NCBI GenBank assembly: GCA_030141605.1 | Contig: JAQGDQ010000092.1 | Span: 496,001-560,000 of the forward strand | DNA length: 64,000 bases | DNA from: Tubiluchus corallicola | Taxonomy: Eukaryota; Animalia; Priapulida | Direction: 5' to 3' | Program-made: the position numbers and the translations under genes | Notes under the pieces: model-generated | The model's input: the letters and a program-made list of their open reading frames with translations, nothing else | What the model was told of the DNA's origin: nothing | Database searches by the model: none | Shown: piece after piece, positions 1 to 13,507 of the stretch | Layout: every line of letters begins with the position of its first letter | Position numbering within the stretch: position 1 is the first letter of the stretch

Positions 1-1759
1 TACTTCCTCGTGTTAGTTAAGATCGTATGTAGTGACTGAGAAAAAAAGGTGTACAAATTTGGAAACAAGATCAGTTTCACAAATAGAAACGAATGCCTAT
101 AGCTGATAACCGCTCACATATACGTAAAAATCCCAAAAATAATTGAAATCCGCGAGTTATTCATTCATTCGGCCTGCTTTTCCCGAAAGAGCTGAATATT
201 AAATTACGAATCTTGTATCTGTATTATGGTGTTTGCATCGGTGGTTTTTGTTAAGGAAAGTCTTTCTACAGCTCCAGCTGTTCAATGTGAAGAGGAAAGT
301 TTTTTCGTCCCTCCTAGTAAACTGCCCACGCAGGTCGAGAAGGAATTTTTGATAATAAATTAAACTTCGATTATTCGAATTACTAAAATAATAAAGAAAT
401 GGTAAACAATAGGTTTGAACCGTTTTTGTTTGATTAGTTTTTTATCTTGGTCTCATAAATACGTTTCAGGTACTAATCTTAACAATGTGTTTACTCTATG
501 AGCCTGTTAACTCTTACCCTCTTTGGAGTGATTATATACACAGCATTCGTATTCGCGAAAGCTTGTGTATTAAATCTCAATAGCTTTCATTAACGCTTTC
601 ACTTGAGATGTCTTTTCTGTGACCTGTACATAATGACTATACATGTAGTAGTATTTAGGCTAAACGAAGACTTTTCTCAATCAGCGTGCTTGATATCACA
701 CTGATAATATTATTGTTATCATAACACCATTAACATTTGCGTGTTGAAATGAAAATATAGGCTATACCTTACGCAAAATAAATGCCTTTTTGTGATACCA
801 ACTTTCGCGAAATGTAGTTTCAAGGACTCACAAGTGTCATAATTTTCAACTCGAGCGTAGGCGTTGAGGTCTTTGAATGGGTGAGTCTGATTGCTATTAC
901 TCTGGCTAGTGGCTAGTAAGCTGTTTTGGCTGTTGTCAAATTACTTATTATTAGTTTGTTTGAGTTCAAGAACTGAAACGTTAAATTTTTTTCATTTTTG
1001 GTTTGTTGGTATAGTTTTTAATTTTTTATGTGGTCAATAAAACATGCATGCATTCCCTTGGTTAGTAAAAGTTTAATGTCGCGAAATTTTTGAATTTTTT
1101 TATACATTAAATTGGCTTGAGCGAGTACATCAATTTGTTGTCATAGGCGTGTCTGGTAATTTAGACAATTTGTGATTTTGATGTTGTAACTTCAGTTTTA
1201 ATGCGGAACTATCACCAATTTGAACTTTGCGTAAAAATTTCTCGTGTCCTTTAACTAGCTCTGTACAGTTGATCGAGTATCATTCAAGATCATGATTCGA
1301 CAACACAACTACAGGTATTCTTGAATCTAAAAATATTTCGCTGGCACTTAAATTGGTTTGTTTAGCTTGAAAATGCAGGCGGCAGAACTTTCTCTATACA
1401 ATAAATTGTACTTGAAATTTCCACCGCTGCCCCTCAACTTGCACAATTAATAGTGTGCAATAATTAATACAGTTTAGTTAAGATACCATACTTTTTAGCT
1501 GTTGTGAATCTAACGCACAATTATTTCCAAAGCCTTGTTGCTTTCACGTGTAGAGGATCATCTATTTTACTATTTTAGTTACATTCTGAGCTTACTATTG
1601 ATTTTCCTTCAGGGGTTTGTCCTATTGTCATTCTTGTCACTGTCTTTGATGTATACACCTTGTAAATTAGAATGAGTGATTACGCGGTAAACGTAGTAGG
1701 CTAACCCCAATTAAACATTGACATAACTATTAATTTGGGTTTTATTTTAGGCCAATTAC

Positions 1760-2010
1760 TGTAGTTAGTATCATATTCTTCCGACCATATTTCCTCTTTC
1801 ATTGTAATTTTTCTCTTTCCTTCCATCTCTCTTTCTTCCTCTGTTCCTGCCTCCCTTCTTCCCCTGTTCTCCGATTTTCTTTTTCCTTCCTTCCTTCTCT
1901 CTCTCTCTCTCTCTCTCTCGGAGTCTCTCCTCTGATTCTCTCTCTCCCCCTCTCTCTCTCTCTCTCGCTCTCTCTCTTTCACACCTTGCTCTTTGCCTTT
2001 TTTCTCTGTC
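1760..2010. repeat. Polypyrimidine tract with (CT)n/(GA)n microsatellite core
   Basis: Long CT dinucleotide runs at ~1894-1980 within a C/T-rich tract; explains the ERERER ORF at 1701-2135. Confidence 0.95.
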
Positions 2011-2407
2011 GAGGTAGTATAATGGTGTTGGGTTGTAGGGAATAATTTTTCTTTGAAATTCCTTACAGTAAGAACAATAGATGATTTCGTTAAATTTACA
2101 TTATAAATCTGACTCACTAAATTGTAACATATCATGTTATTCGTTGTTTGTTGAGTCGTAACCTATATTGTTGTCGCTAAATAGCCTTTAGTGCTAATGT
2201 TGTCTGTTAAACCCGCGATAGTTGTCTTTGTCATTTTAAAGTAAATTTTGTCTTTTATCAAAATCTTATATATTAAATAAATACTACACAATAATGCTAA
2301 AAGACTAACTTCTAGGCGAATGGCGATAGCGTGTTTTTACTGAAAGATGTTTTACTTTTGGCGGTGTTTATGGGTTCGTGCAGGTGCAAAACAGGTCGTA
2401 AAACAAA

Positions 2408-2420
2408 CCGGAAGTGACGT
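2408..2420 (+). promoter_or_regulatory. Overlapping ETS-CRE composite motif
   Basis: CCGGAAGTGACGT: an ETS core overlapping a CRE half-site, a known promoter-enriched composite. The motif is seen directly; function is inferred. Confidence 0.4.
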
Positions 2421-4360
2421 ATTTTTGCTTCCTTGTCAACAGAAAAACCAGTTTTGCCTTTAGAATTGTTAACTATCTGAGAAGATAAAAAATCCATGTG
2501 CATTTCGCAGTGAGAAACTGTGATGATAATGTTGTTTTTTCAAAACTACATAGCTGATAAAATATGGCATTGGCAATTAAATAAAACTTTGATTCAAAAG
2601 TAAAAAAAGTTCCACAATATAAGCACACTGCTTTCAGTAAGACACAGCTGGCTTTTCATTCCGCAATTCTAAGGACCGCAGTAATAATAAATAATCTTGG
2701 CTGGGCGACAACTTTGGGGAACTTTCCCTCAGACTGTAGGATTGCGTTTCATGACTTGTATCTAAGACGCGTTGTATCCGGGAGTTTTATTTTCACCTCG
2801 AGTGATTTAAATCTTATTTGACGTAATGCGAAAAAAAGCAGTTTTAAACGGCATGTTTTACTTGCTTTAGATTTTCATGTTGCACGAACCGCACAGCGTA
2901 CGTGAATCGTGAGTTCTGCTGCGCGCGTAGGTTGAGCATTTCAGCTGGGCCTGGTTCAGCGTGTACGTGAGCTCCGTAATTATCTTGTAACATAACGCTA
3001 CTGTATGATCCCTACCTAGGTCTGTAAGACACATCTTATAGGACAACGTTATATGTAGGCTACTTATATTCTGGAAAATATATTGTTTTCGGCTATTTTT
3101 ATATTTGCAATACATGACAAATTTCCCTTTTTAGAGCACATGAGTTTTAGAGTGCATTTATATACTGATCATGTTTCGTTAGTAAAAATGCTACTTCGCC
3201 TCGCATGTTAGACGCCTGGTTAGGCCCCGGCTAATAATGTAAAAATAAATTGAATGAATAAATAAGTAAATGATTAAAAACGGATTAACAATATTTGCAT
3301 CTCATTATTAGTGACATTTTAAAATGAAAAGTGCCACTTTTTAAATGGCTGTCCGTTTAGGCTAAACTTCGGTGAAAATATGTTTATAGCCCAAATCGGT
3401 ATTTAGAGGCTGTAATCAGGTACTGATTATTTTATGCTCACATAAATTTATTCACTTTAATTATGTGTGATAAAATTCGTCAGCTTGTCTGCGTGTTTAC
3501 TAGTTCCCGGTAAGTGGTGCCAACAATCCGGTTGTATAGACTACATGTATGACGAGACTTCTGGTTCTGGTAATAGATGATTTAGAAATCTTGACTTGCC
3601 CGAGTTTTGCTGCGTGAGCTCTGACAGAAATGAACGCAGAAAGCGCTTTTCGGCTTCTTTGCCAATAAATTGTGTCCAGCTTTCAGGAGTTTATTTACAA
3701 ATTTATCAAAATGGTCGGTAATTTCGATTTTGAAGCAGCCAAAGATTAAATTGGTTTTAGTTGCGCTGAATTCTGTGAATTTATTTCCTCTGTACATAAG
3801 TGTTGAGGAACCTCGAAGATCTTGCTCGTAATATTTCTACCGATATTTCGAAGTTCTTTTTAGTTGCCATTGAACCGGTGAGGCCTGTATACTCAGTCGG
3901 GTTCTGGCATGGGCCTCAAATCACTTGTTAGGAGTCCTATTAACGCATCAAATTATGATTTTTATCTCCATGTAGCCACTGCAGAATTGTTAGGATAAGC
4001 TACTAATGAAAATCTGCCACTTTCTTCAGTTTTTCTTTTAGTTGTATTCAAAAGAGGTTAATTTAGCCTCTATTAAAATTGGTAACTAATTATTGATATG
4101 TGTAGTTGAGCTGTGTTGATTGTGCAGGTCACTGCGTGCGTGTTATTGATTTGCAACCTGCTTAGTATCAGCTAGATTTTCTGCTGGCAAACAGTCCTAA
4201 TGAGCTTATGTAATTAATTATAAGCCAACTTAGATGTCTTATGAAATGTAATAAAGAAATTGGGTTGTGTAACGTACCAGCACTATATAAAATGTCACTG
4301 CTAAATGGGCAGTTTGGGTTATGCAAACCATTTAGGTGCACACACGTGTGGGTAGCGATG

Positions 4361-5077
4361 TACGGGTGGCGCAGAAAAAAATGCACCGAATTTTAGACTA
4401 CAATAAGTCAGTAATATTAGAAGGAGTGATTTACAAAGTTGAAGTTTCACAGTATTATTTTAAACAAAAATTTGCTTTTGGCTGTAAAAGTTATAAGTTT
4501 ATAGTTGCAGTTGCTTTTGAATTACCACCGAAAAGTTTTTGCACATTAAAAAATTAAATGCTGGTGCAATGTTAGCTAATCATCAACTGAAAAACGGCCA
4601 CGTTCAGTGATGTATAAAGCGCTCAACAGCAAAACAATAAAGGAATCAACAGGTTTACATCATAGTCGTCACCAGAGAAAATAAAACTTTGATGAAGATT
4701 TGTTACGAAGAAAAAGTTATGACTTAATCCTATGAGTTACGATATCTGAAATTCAATTATAAAAAAAGTGTACAATGGCCGCGCACGGTCATTTGATGCA
4801 GAGGAACTAAAGCCAAAAATTGTTGAATACTGGGACGAAATATACCTTTAAAAAGTGAGAAATTGTGTCAGCTGTTAGAGGAAACGTCTTCCTCTAGTAG
4901 AACAGCTCCTGTAAATTTTAGCAATACTAACACCACGCAAAGTTTTTTCTGGCATTTATTTCTTTGACTTGTTGTTTTAAAACTTCTGTGTCTTTGGAAA
5001 AATCTAAGAGAATGACTTAAATTTTTCGTGTTTATCGTGATCAATACTTCCACACATCTTTTGCACCACCTGATGTA
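4361..5077 (+). mobile_element. Internally deleted Tc1/mariner-type transposon relic
   Basis: Left end TACGGGTGGCGCAGAAAAAAATGCACC, imperfect inverted right end CATCTTTTGCACCACCTGATGTA. 4723-4843 translates LNPMSYDI*NSIIKKVYNGRARSFDAEELKPKIVEYWDEI, matching the PDLNP..Y..W / EELK..I...W transposase C-terminus. It is preceded by an N-terminal-like ENKTLMKICYEEK. Confidence 0.7.
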
Positions 5078-6221
5078 TATGTATGTGTACACTAGGAGAA
5101 CCGACGTCATGTGCTATAAAATGTAAGTATGACTCATCACTACATGTGTACTTTCAACGACGATGGGCCATTAATAAGCGGGCTGCAAATTAAAATAGTA
5201 AGTTGGGGCCTATTTTTGACAAAATTTCGCTTGACATATGTACATCTGACACGTTTTTCCTTGTGCTTGCAGTAGCGCCCTATTGTTAGTCTTTTGCTGA
5301 CTTCAGCAATCGAATCGAACCTCAAGGCGCACGCCGTTGCTAGATCTGCCCTTCGTGTTTAGTTATAGTTTTGTATCAACATAGTATGATTTACTCGTGA
5401 TGAAATAGTCTGGCGCAATTTCAGTGAAAATCGGAACTAACAAGATAGGACGTGTATATCTTTTTTGCTATATCTGCCGTTAAAAATAGTTAAACGACAT
5501 TGGAAAGACGAATTGAAGCAGGGCAAACGATCATGATTTTCTTAACACAGCTGGTTGATTTGCATTGTTGTAAGTTGCTTTTATAATGATATTTCCTAGT
5601 ATTTCAGGTTTTACAAAACGTTTTTTAACTGTATTTACAATTCAATGAATCGGAAGTTGACTTTTTTACGTGAGAAGCTGAAAACAAATCAGTACTCAAG
5701 ACTGCTCTTTAAACAAGAAAATTACAGTCATGTTTTTCTGTAAATTACCTATTTCTTTTTGTTTGGGAACTACAGAGACATAACAGATTATAGCTTCAAA
5801 TACAATTATTGTTTTTTTATTTTTTAAAGTTTTATATTGAAAAGTGTCTTATCATTCCCTTCAGTTTCTTAAACATTTAATCTATTTTTGAGGTACATTA
5901 TCTGCTTTTTATTGATTTGAATCGAAGCGAAATTTGCATTTTATGGCTATTCCTTTTGCGCTCAACTTTTCTGGCAAACCTTGAACACCTCTTCTGACCG
6001 AGATCTCCGAGAGTTGTGACGCTCGTACATAACAAAGTGCCACATTTAGTACATAATTAATACTGAACTGAGCATATTATCATAATGTGATTTCCTGAAA
6101 GATGCCGAGTCTCTCCCTGTAGCCTAAACTGCACATCAAGGCAGAAGCGCTCCATACAAAGAATTTACTGGATGACGTAAGACGCACACGTTCTGTGAAA
6201 ATTATCGTGCAGTGCAGTTTG

Positions 6222-6350
6222 GCATCATCATAATCGTTGTCATCATCATCATCATCGTCGTCGTCGTCATCATCATCATCATCAACAACAACACAACAAC
6301 AGCAGCAGCAGCAGCAGCAGCACCAGCACCACCACCAACAACAACAGCAT
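6222..6350. repeat. Compound trinucleotide microsatellite (CAT/CGT/CAA/CAG/CAC)
   Basis: Directly visible consecutive triplet runs. Confidence 0.95.
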
Positions 6351-6357
6351 CAAATGG

Positions 6358-6510
6358 CATCCTTAAGCCTGATTTTAATTTCCTTATTGTTTGAAAGAAA
6401 GGCCCAGTGACATCCTTAAGCCTGATTTTAATTTGCTTATTGTTTGAAGGAAAGGCCCAGTGACATCCTTAAGCCTGATTTTAATTTGCTTATTGTTTAA
6501 GGGAAAGGTA
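6358..6510. repeat. 53-bp tandem repeat, ~2.8 copies
   Basis: Unit CATCCTTAAGCCTGATTTTAATTT(C/G)CTTATTGTTTGAA(A/G)GAAAGGCCCAGTGA starts at 6358, 6411 and 6464. Confidence 0.95.
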
Positions 6511-7214
6511 CAGTCTTTTGAGAAGTTAAGCTTATTTCAATATTCGCGAAGCTTTTTAGAAAGGTTGCGGTAAGCGCCTTGTGTAATCAGTAAAATCGCT
6601 TTCAAGTCGCAGTCATTTCACACTCTTCCATTTTGAATGCCCCTTTTTTCGCTAATGACGTCACTTGTCGACTGAAGAAAATAATTTTTACAAAAAATTA
6701 GATGGCTAATTTTTTGTGATATTTTTTCATGAACACTGTGTAGGCTGCAGAAGTTTGAATTTGTTTAAGAAGCGGGCGCTTATGAAAAGCGACACATACT
6801 TACGAGAAGTCATAAAGTCCACCAGTTGTGTCATATTGGTAGCCCACATTTACCTGAAGATGGGTGGACTTCCAGCCTTTTCATAAGCACGCGCATTCAA
6901 ACTAATTCGAACTTTTGCAGCTTATCTAATGTTCATGCAAAAATGTCATAAAATTAGCTATCTATTTTTTGCAAAAACTTATACTTTTGGCAGAAATCGA
7001 CAGTACGTTGTTTTTCTTTAGTTGTTGAACAACACTACTGGCGGAAGAATGAGTATTCAAAATGGGACCACCCTAGCGTGAAATAATCGCGACTTTATAG
7101 TGATTTTGCTAGTTACAGGAGGCCCTTATCAAACTTTTATTACTAAATCCTTCTAACATTTTTCGGAAACATTGGAAGAAGCCTAGCTTCAAGAAGGCTT
7201 ACCCTTTCCTTTAA
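6497..7214. mobile_element. Foldback MITE with TTAA target duplication (Kolobok/T2-like)
   Basis: TTAA(6497-6500)|GGGAAAGGTA ... ACCCTTTCCT|TTAA(7211-7214). The arms are inverted over ~290 bp, e.g. GCTGCAGAAGTTTGAATT..GCTTATGAAAAG versus CTTTTCATAAGC..AATTCGAACTTTTGCAGC. Confidence 0.85.
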
Positions 7215-10200
7215 ATGACGTGTTCTATTCCTTTAAGTAATTTTCAGTGGCAACGTTCCTGTGTTGTGGGATGTGTGTTTCATGAACTAGACTTGCTTAA
7301 CTGAATTTGAAAATAACAAACTGAAAGTACCTTTTTACATCTACCGGCTTGCTGTCCGCGAAGATGTGTGATCACTAGCCCGCGATTCAGACATCAATCG
7401 TGTTTGTTTAGCGGACAATTTCTTTCTCAAGGTCTCTAGGTGTAATTATCGTTGAGCCACGCGTTGTATGACGATGGGAATTTTGAATTGTTGTTCAATC
7501 ACGGCGATTGTGCATTATACTTTCCAAGGCCTCGTGCACCGGGTACATGGCTGGGCTTACCCGTAGCGTCATGGCGAGTTTACCAGATAGTTCGCAGTAC
7601 CCAGACCGTCGCTACACACACACACAGAGGGAGGGGGGAGAGGGAGAGGGAGAGAGACGCGAATAAGAGACAAAGAGAAAGGCGAGAAAGAGCGTTGGGG
7701 ATAAAAAAATTATGAGGTAGCACGATAAAGACTGAAGAGCCTGTGAGTGTGAAGAAAGGATTAGGTTAGGCTGGAAAACTAAAGAGATGAGAGGGGATCC
7801 TGGATCCTGGAGAGAAAAGAAGAGGAGTCGAGTGAGAAAGGCTAGGGGAAAAGATAGCGTAAATAAAATTGATCAAAACGTTGCATGAAATAAAAATGCA
7901 CAGGAAAATAAACACAGAAGAGAGAAAAACGAGAACGTCGAAAGCAGATCAATCATTGTTTCACAAAATGACTTTGACTGGTGACACTCATAGGCCGACG
8001 TTTAATAATAAAGCAATGAAGATTATAAATATAACGATTTACAAGTTGGGGGCATTCCGGAGGACGTGTGGAAAAACCGTGCAAATGCGCCTTGTTAAAC
8101 CTGTTTTGATTCCAAATTCTTATTAACCGAGTTTATAATATATGTTGACGTGGTTTTGCTATGAACCAGTTTCAGAAGCAAAGAACGTGCCTCTAAATCT
8201 GAATATGGAGACAAGACAAGTCGGTAGCCGTCGGCATTCTTTGGTTGGCGAAGTTGTGTGACACCAGTTATAAACGAATTTAATCGCTCTGCGCACAATT
8301 TTGTTTTAAGAATCAAAAACCTTCACTACTAAATACGCTATCAGCAATCTTCTCTTACCTCCGCTTTCTGCTGAGCATCGGGCAGCCAGCGTGTAATGAT
8401 GATAAGTTTCCATATCACTGCTAATTAAAATTTGCTGTACAACTTTCGCTGACCTGAGCTACTGTGTGACCTACATTAAAGCTTTCTTGATTCTTTCAGC
8501 AACTATCAAGCTTACCGCAAACAGGTGTAATTATTGAGGTTTGCAATGGCCTGTACAATTACCGATTGCCGCTGAGATTTAGTTCCTGTGTTGTAAATAG
8601 GTTATGAATGGAAAAAAGAGGATCAAGTCACTTACACTGAAATACTGCATTTCGATGCTGTGCGTCTACCGTGAATGCCTTTTTACTAAAATGTTAACTG
8701 ACTGCTTTCTACTAATCAACTCACTTACTAATATTAATAAGCTAACCGTACATGCATGCAAGTTATGCGAGGGTGGTACTTAGCGCTTTTTCCCTCCTTT
8801 CATTCATTCGTCCGTTTGTTCATTCATTCATTCATTTATCAGTTTACCTGTTTCGTTCATTTGTTTGTTCGTTTATTCGGACCATTATTATTTTTATTCT
8901 CTTTTTTCTTTCCTCTTTTTGTTTGTACATCTCTCAGTTCTACAGCTTTGATTTGTAACTCAAAAAAACATTATCACGTGTACGCCAGATTATTTACACG
9001 ACCTTATATAATGTGTATACGTTGTCTTATTTGATGATACAAAAGAAAAACGCTATAATTTATTTTAATAATATAGAGCTTCACTAGTGCATATATAGCT
9101 GTGCCCATCTGAGAGTATCGATTCATTTTCGTCATGGATGCAAGCTTCACTCAATCATCTGACATGTTGTGAGCATTAATGGGGTAGTAATTTTCTCTTC
9201 TATAAACCATGCAAAGGCCTGTTCACATTTGGCGAACATGTGCACTTACCAGGCACTTAAGTAAAACATTCAGCATCACACTGAAAATATGTATTTTTAA
9301 GAAACATGTCAGTTGTAAAGGGCAAGTTCATGGAATTCACTGTTCAGAAATTTTATATTTTGCATCGCTGAATGACTTAAACAAGTTGATTTATAGCTGA
9401 ACACATCTTTTCTCTAGCTGAGATGAAGACGGGCTTGACTTATTGTCGCTATAATACTGTACCGGTTCAGTTTACTTTACTGGTTCAGTTACAAATTTAT
9501 GTTACGCAGATGGTATTGACTGTTAAGTATGAACTAAAGTGTATTGTTGGTTTTACTACTAATTAGTGGCTTGTTTATTTAGTAACACACGTATTGTAAT
9601 TTTTGTTCGCTATCTGTATACCTGTAATGCGTGCGAATAAATAATGTACATTGTACATATTACAATAAACAAGAAGGCCGAGGAGTTTAAGCACTGCGTG
9701 TGTAAAACGTGATATTTTGTGGTTATTTTCTTCGCGTGTGGCACATTTAATTAATAAAAAAGCCAATCGATTAATCCAAATTTTCTCCTTTCTGCGTATT
9801 TTTAATAGTGACCTTTTTGTTTTTTTCTTTTCTTGCATATTTTTATAGGTCGCCTTTTATATTATTATATGTACACTGAACATGCTCAAGTTCTGGGTTA
9901 TTCTGTATTCTGCTAATGCGTGTTTGGTAAATAGCAATAATACGTTCCACGCTACAACAAAGATTTTAAATCCCAGGAGCAAAACTGAGACAACTTGTTA
10001 CACATTGGTTGCGCCGAAAGACTAATTAGTGACAACGACTTTGAATCTGTCTTTGTCAGACTAACACTCAGGCAAAAATTACTAGTATCAGTAACAGTGA
10101 CACAGTGTTGCGACTGCGACAGCGACAGTAACAACAGCAGCAGTTTCTAAGCAACGCGAGCTTTTTTTGCATTTCGCCATTCGCTAATCGGATGAATACC

Positions 10201-10260
10201 AGCGCTTGCATCTCGGAAGTGCGGTGCACAAAAACAGGCGCTGTACCTCCCAATTCAGAT

Positions 10261-10597
10261 ATGTAAAGTGGCGCACACGTTCTAGAATACCTGCGTTAAC
10301 ACAGTAGTGAACTTGAAATTATGTGTATTGCACTGTATCACACTGACTGTTGTACAGCAGCACTGTACTTCAGTTTTGGCTTTCCAACACGTACAACACG
10401 CCGGTGGAATGTTTGTGCTGTTGAAAATTATGTTCAGTTATGACGTCGCAGGCTGTTGATTAAAACCTAGTATTATTTTTAACCTATTATTTGTTTATCT
10501 GGAACACTTTGGGATCGTTAAACGGTATTAAAATGCGTATTTTGTACGATACTTCAAAGTGGAGTAGAATGTGAAAAATTATCCTGTTTTCCTTTAA
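10261..10597. mobile_element. Partial copy (right half) of a TTAA-flanked MITE
   Basis: Aligns with 13860-14209 (TGTACAG(C/T)AGCACTGT..AACACG..GGAATGTTTG..AAATTAT.TTCAGTT) and ends GTTTTCCT|TTAA. Confidence 0.65.
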
Positions 10598-11306
10598 CCT
10601 CTTGCTAAGAAATCACATATTTTCGCATATTCGTGTCGGCAAAGGTAGTTTGCTAAGTTTTTTGATAGTGTTTTTCCTGAATGTTTACATTTATACTTCT
10701 AGGCTGGAGTGTGAACATTGAGCATTAACAGCCGGCTGAAATTTTTGCATCAATGGTTCCACGTAATTAAATATGCATTTGTATGAAGTTTAATTAGAGT
10801 AATTGTAAAATGAATATGGTTGGTGCTGTTAAGATTACTTATGTGGGCCTACCTGTGTTAGAATCAACCGGTTTCGCCTGATTACGGCTAAATTACGAAC
10901 AAAGAGGCAGTGGCTTTTTTAGTTAAAACCGCTCTTTTTCTAATTTTAGCGTTACCGTTTTTAACGATCATGTGCACAGTATCACATGGTTAAATTTTGA
11001 ATGTCACAGCATTGATTTTAGTTTCTATACTGGCGTTTTTAATCTTTTTCCTATTATTCATTGAAGAATAAATCTTGTACCAAAACTTAATCTTTTACTT
11101 GACCAATTGGTAAATATAAAAAAGATTGCCTATGTGGATTTTTAAGCGCCGATAACAGTGTTCAATGTTTTTACGCCTCCACTTGTGAAGTTCTTAAATT
11201 ATTTCAAATGTGTAGTAAATACAAATTATTAAAAATGGGTCTCAAACACGTGGCGTAAAAGTAACATAAATGATGGGTTGTGCTTTATTCCAGAAATCTT
11301 AATTCA

Positions 11307-11509
11307 GATTTTTACTGGTTTGCATATCGAAAAGTCGGTGGGCTTTTTTCGATTAAAATCGTGCAAGCGAGCATTCTTGCCACATTCATGAAGTGAGAAT
11401 GATAACTGATTTTTACTGATTTGCATATCGAAAAAGTCGGTGGTCTTTTTTCGTTTACAAATCGTGTAAGCGAGCATTCTAGCCACATTCATGATATGAG
11501 AATGATAAC
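11307..11509. repeat. ~101-bp tandem duplication
   Basis: GATTTTTACTG.TTTGCATATCGAAAA..GTCGGTGG...GAGAATGATAACT begins at 11307 and 11408. Confidence 0.9.
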
Positions 11510-11609
11510 TTGGAACATCAAATTTTCACATGATGTTTGACAAGTGCCGCTGGTTAGTCGTATAAGCAGGACAAACAGACTTGATGCTGCAACAAATGAC
11601 ATTGCACCT

Positions 11610-12200
11610 TTTAAGAATTTGTCGGTATATTACCGTAATGTTAGAAATCTCGCTTGATTAATTATCGACTTTTGTTGAACAAGCTAATAATATTAATCAA
11701 TTACCGACTTTTGCTGAACAGGCTAATAATATTTTCGCTATGGAGGCAACTTGGTTAAATGACAGTATTACAAGCGTTATGATCAGTGACTTCAGAAACT
11801 ATAAAGTTGTCAGGAAAGATAGAAATACATTGGGCGGGGGTGCTTTATTTATGGTGAAGTCGTCATTGCAGGTACCCGAAGTAAAACTACCTGCTACTTA
11901 CAAATCCTTGAAAATTTTGGCCATTGATGCGTTTGGTCAGCGTCCTATCTATTTTATTATTATTACGTATTTTATTGTGTGCTCCACCCGCCACCAATCT
12001 TGAAAAGTAAAAACTTATTTGAATGTACATCAATCTTATCAAATGTTGATCGTCCTGTAGTGTTTTTGGGCAACTTTAGTCGCCCAGATTTTGAATAATG
12101 CCCGCCAGCTGATTTTCGTAGGGAGTTGCCACTATATTTGACTGATACTGATACAACTGCTGAATTGGGATTAGAACATTTAGATAAGTCCTATACAAGA
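11610..12200 (+). mobile_element. Degenerate LINE apurinic endonuclease (EEP) fragment, CR1/L2-like
   Basis: YRNVRNL, then MEATWLNDSI..YKVVRKDRNTLGGGALFMVKS (ETWL / RKDR..GGGV motifs) and VVFLGNF (GDFN-like); frameshifts and stops present. Confidence 0.85.
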
Positions 12201-13507
12201 ATTGATAATCACTCTGGCAGAAAAAATTGGGCATATTGTACTAATGAACGTTTGAGGTCTACATAGCAGGAATACCAACTTTTGTTTACACTGTTAGCAC
12301 GAATATTAGGTAACATTTTGTTAGGACTGTGATCGTACCACTCATGACAGGAATCAAATGCTCGAGAGTGACTATGTAAGTTACCAAGTAAAATTTAGAG
12401 GTTATTCAGGTTAATAAGATCACCAAACTTTTTTTTCAAAAACCGTTTACGTCTTTTTAAAATTCTATAATAAATTTTAGCCCTAACCCTTTTTATTATG
12501 AATTACTTATGTAAAGTATTTTCGAAACAAAATGATGCTAATAATAATGTTTGCAGTGTCTACTTCTACAAGACACAGATCATTAGAAATGAGGAGAGTA
12601 CATGTGCTTGTAAATAATTTGTTGAATTGGCTAAAATGCTCTGTGTCGATAACGTAAATCTGTTATGAACTGTGCTTATTGTTTCATGGCCGGCCATTTA
12701 CCAAGGCAAGACCGCCATGACGTCAGACTACGTTACAAAAGCAAAGTTTGTCAAGTGCAAAATTTGCAGGTACGGTACAGCATATGGTCACATTGTCGTG
12801 TATTATTTAATTAATCACAGTAGTTCTTGCCCATAAAAACGTTGGAATTTGATTTCATTGTTTCTCTTCCTCACAAATAGAGAATTTTTAAATGCATAAA
12901 GAATTATTGGACTTTTAACGATTTTAACTGATTTTGTCCATTTTGCGTAAGCATTGGCTCTTGTAATGAACTAGTTCCAATTCCTAGTTCCATTTTGTTG
13001 TAAATGAACTAGCTCTGGTTCCAGGTTCCTAAAAATGAACTAGTTTCAGTTCGCTTCGTTAATTTCGTTTCGAGAATTAAGTTTTTCACAAACCTCCATG
13101 TCTCCTTGCACAATTATTGAAATGTGTGGGCGAATTTAAAGATGACTTTCCTCGCTGTCTCTTATAGCTAATTGGTATTTTTTGAACAGACGGCCTTGCA
13201 ACAGACCCATACCTACAAAGCTCTGTAAGCTATTGTTCTGTGCACTGCTGCGTATCGAGGCCAGGAGACTAGGTCGCAAAGAATACATCACTCGCAAATA
13301 AACAAGTTTCGCTAGTGTTTAAACACTGGCTTTTGGTTAAGTTCGGAAAGTAAAATTTTATATTATCTTCTGGATCTGAAGGGGCCATGTTAACTATACG
13401 TAATCATAAAGTTCAAAATTGTAATATAAATATAATCGTACTAAACAAGCAGAAACACAAGTTATGAAACGGTGATCTAATTTGTGCAATAGCTAAGAGA
13501 TTACTTC

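Noticed and set aside
1701-2135. 144-aa ORF rich in ER repeats
   Set aside because: Translation of a (GA)n microsatellite. The same applies to the ORFs at 6212, 7452, 8752, 16153 and 52354.
6358-6510. Repeat array superficially like CRISPR
   Set aside because: Head-to-tail units with no unique spacers, a eukaryotic context and no cas genes.
7761-7770. TTAGGTTAGG arthropod telomere-like motif
   Set aside because: Only two units, which is expected by chance.
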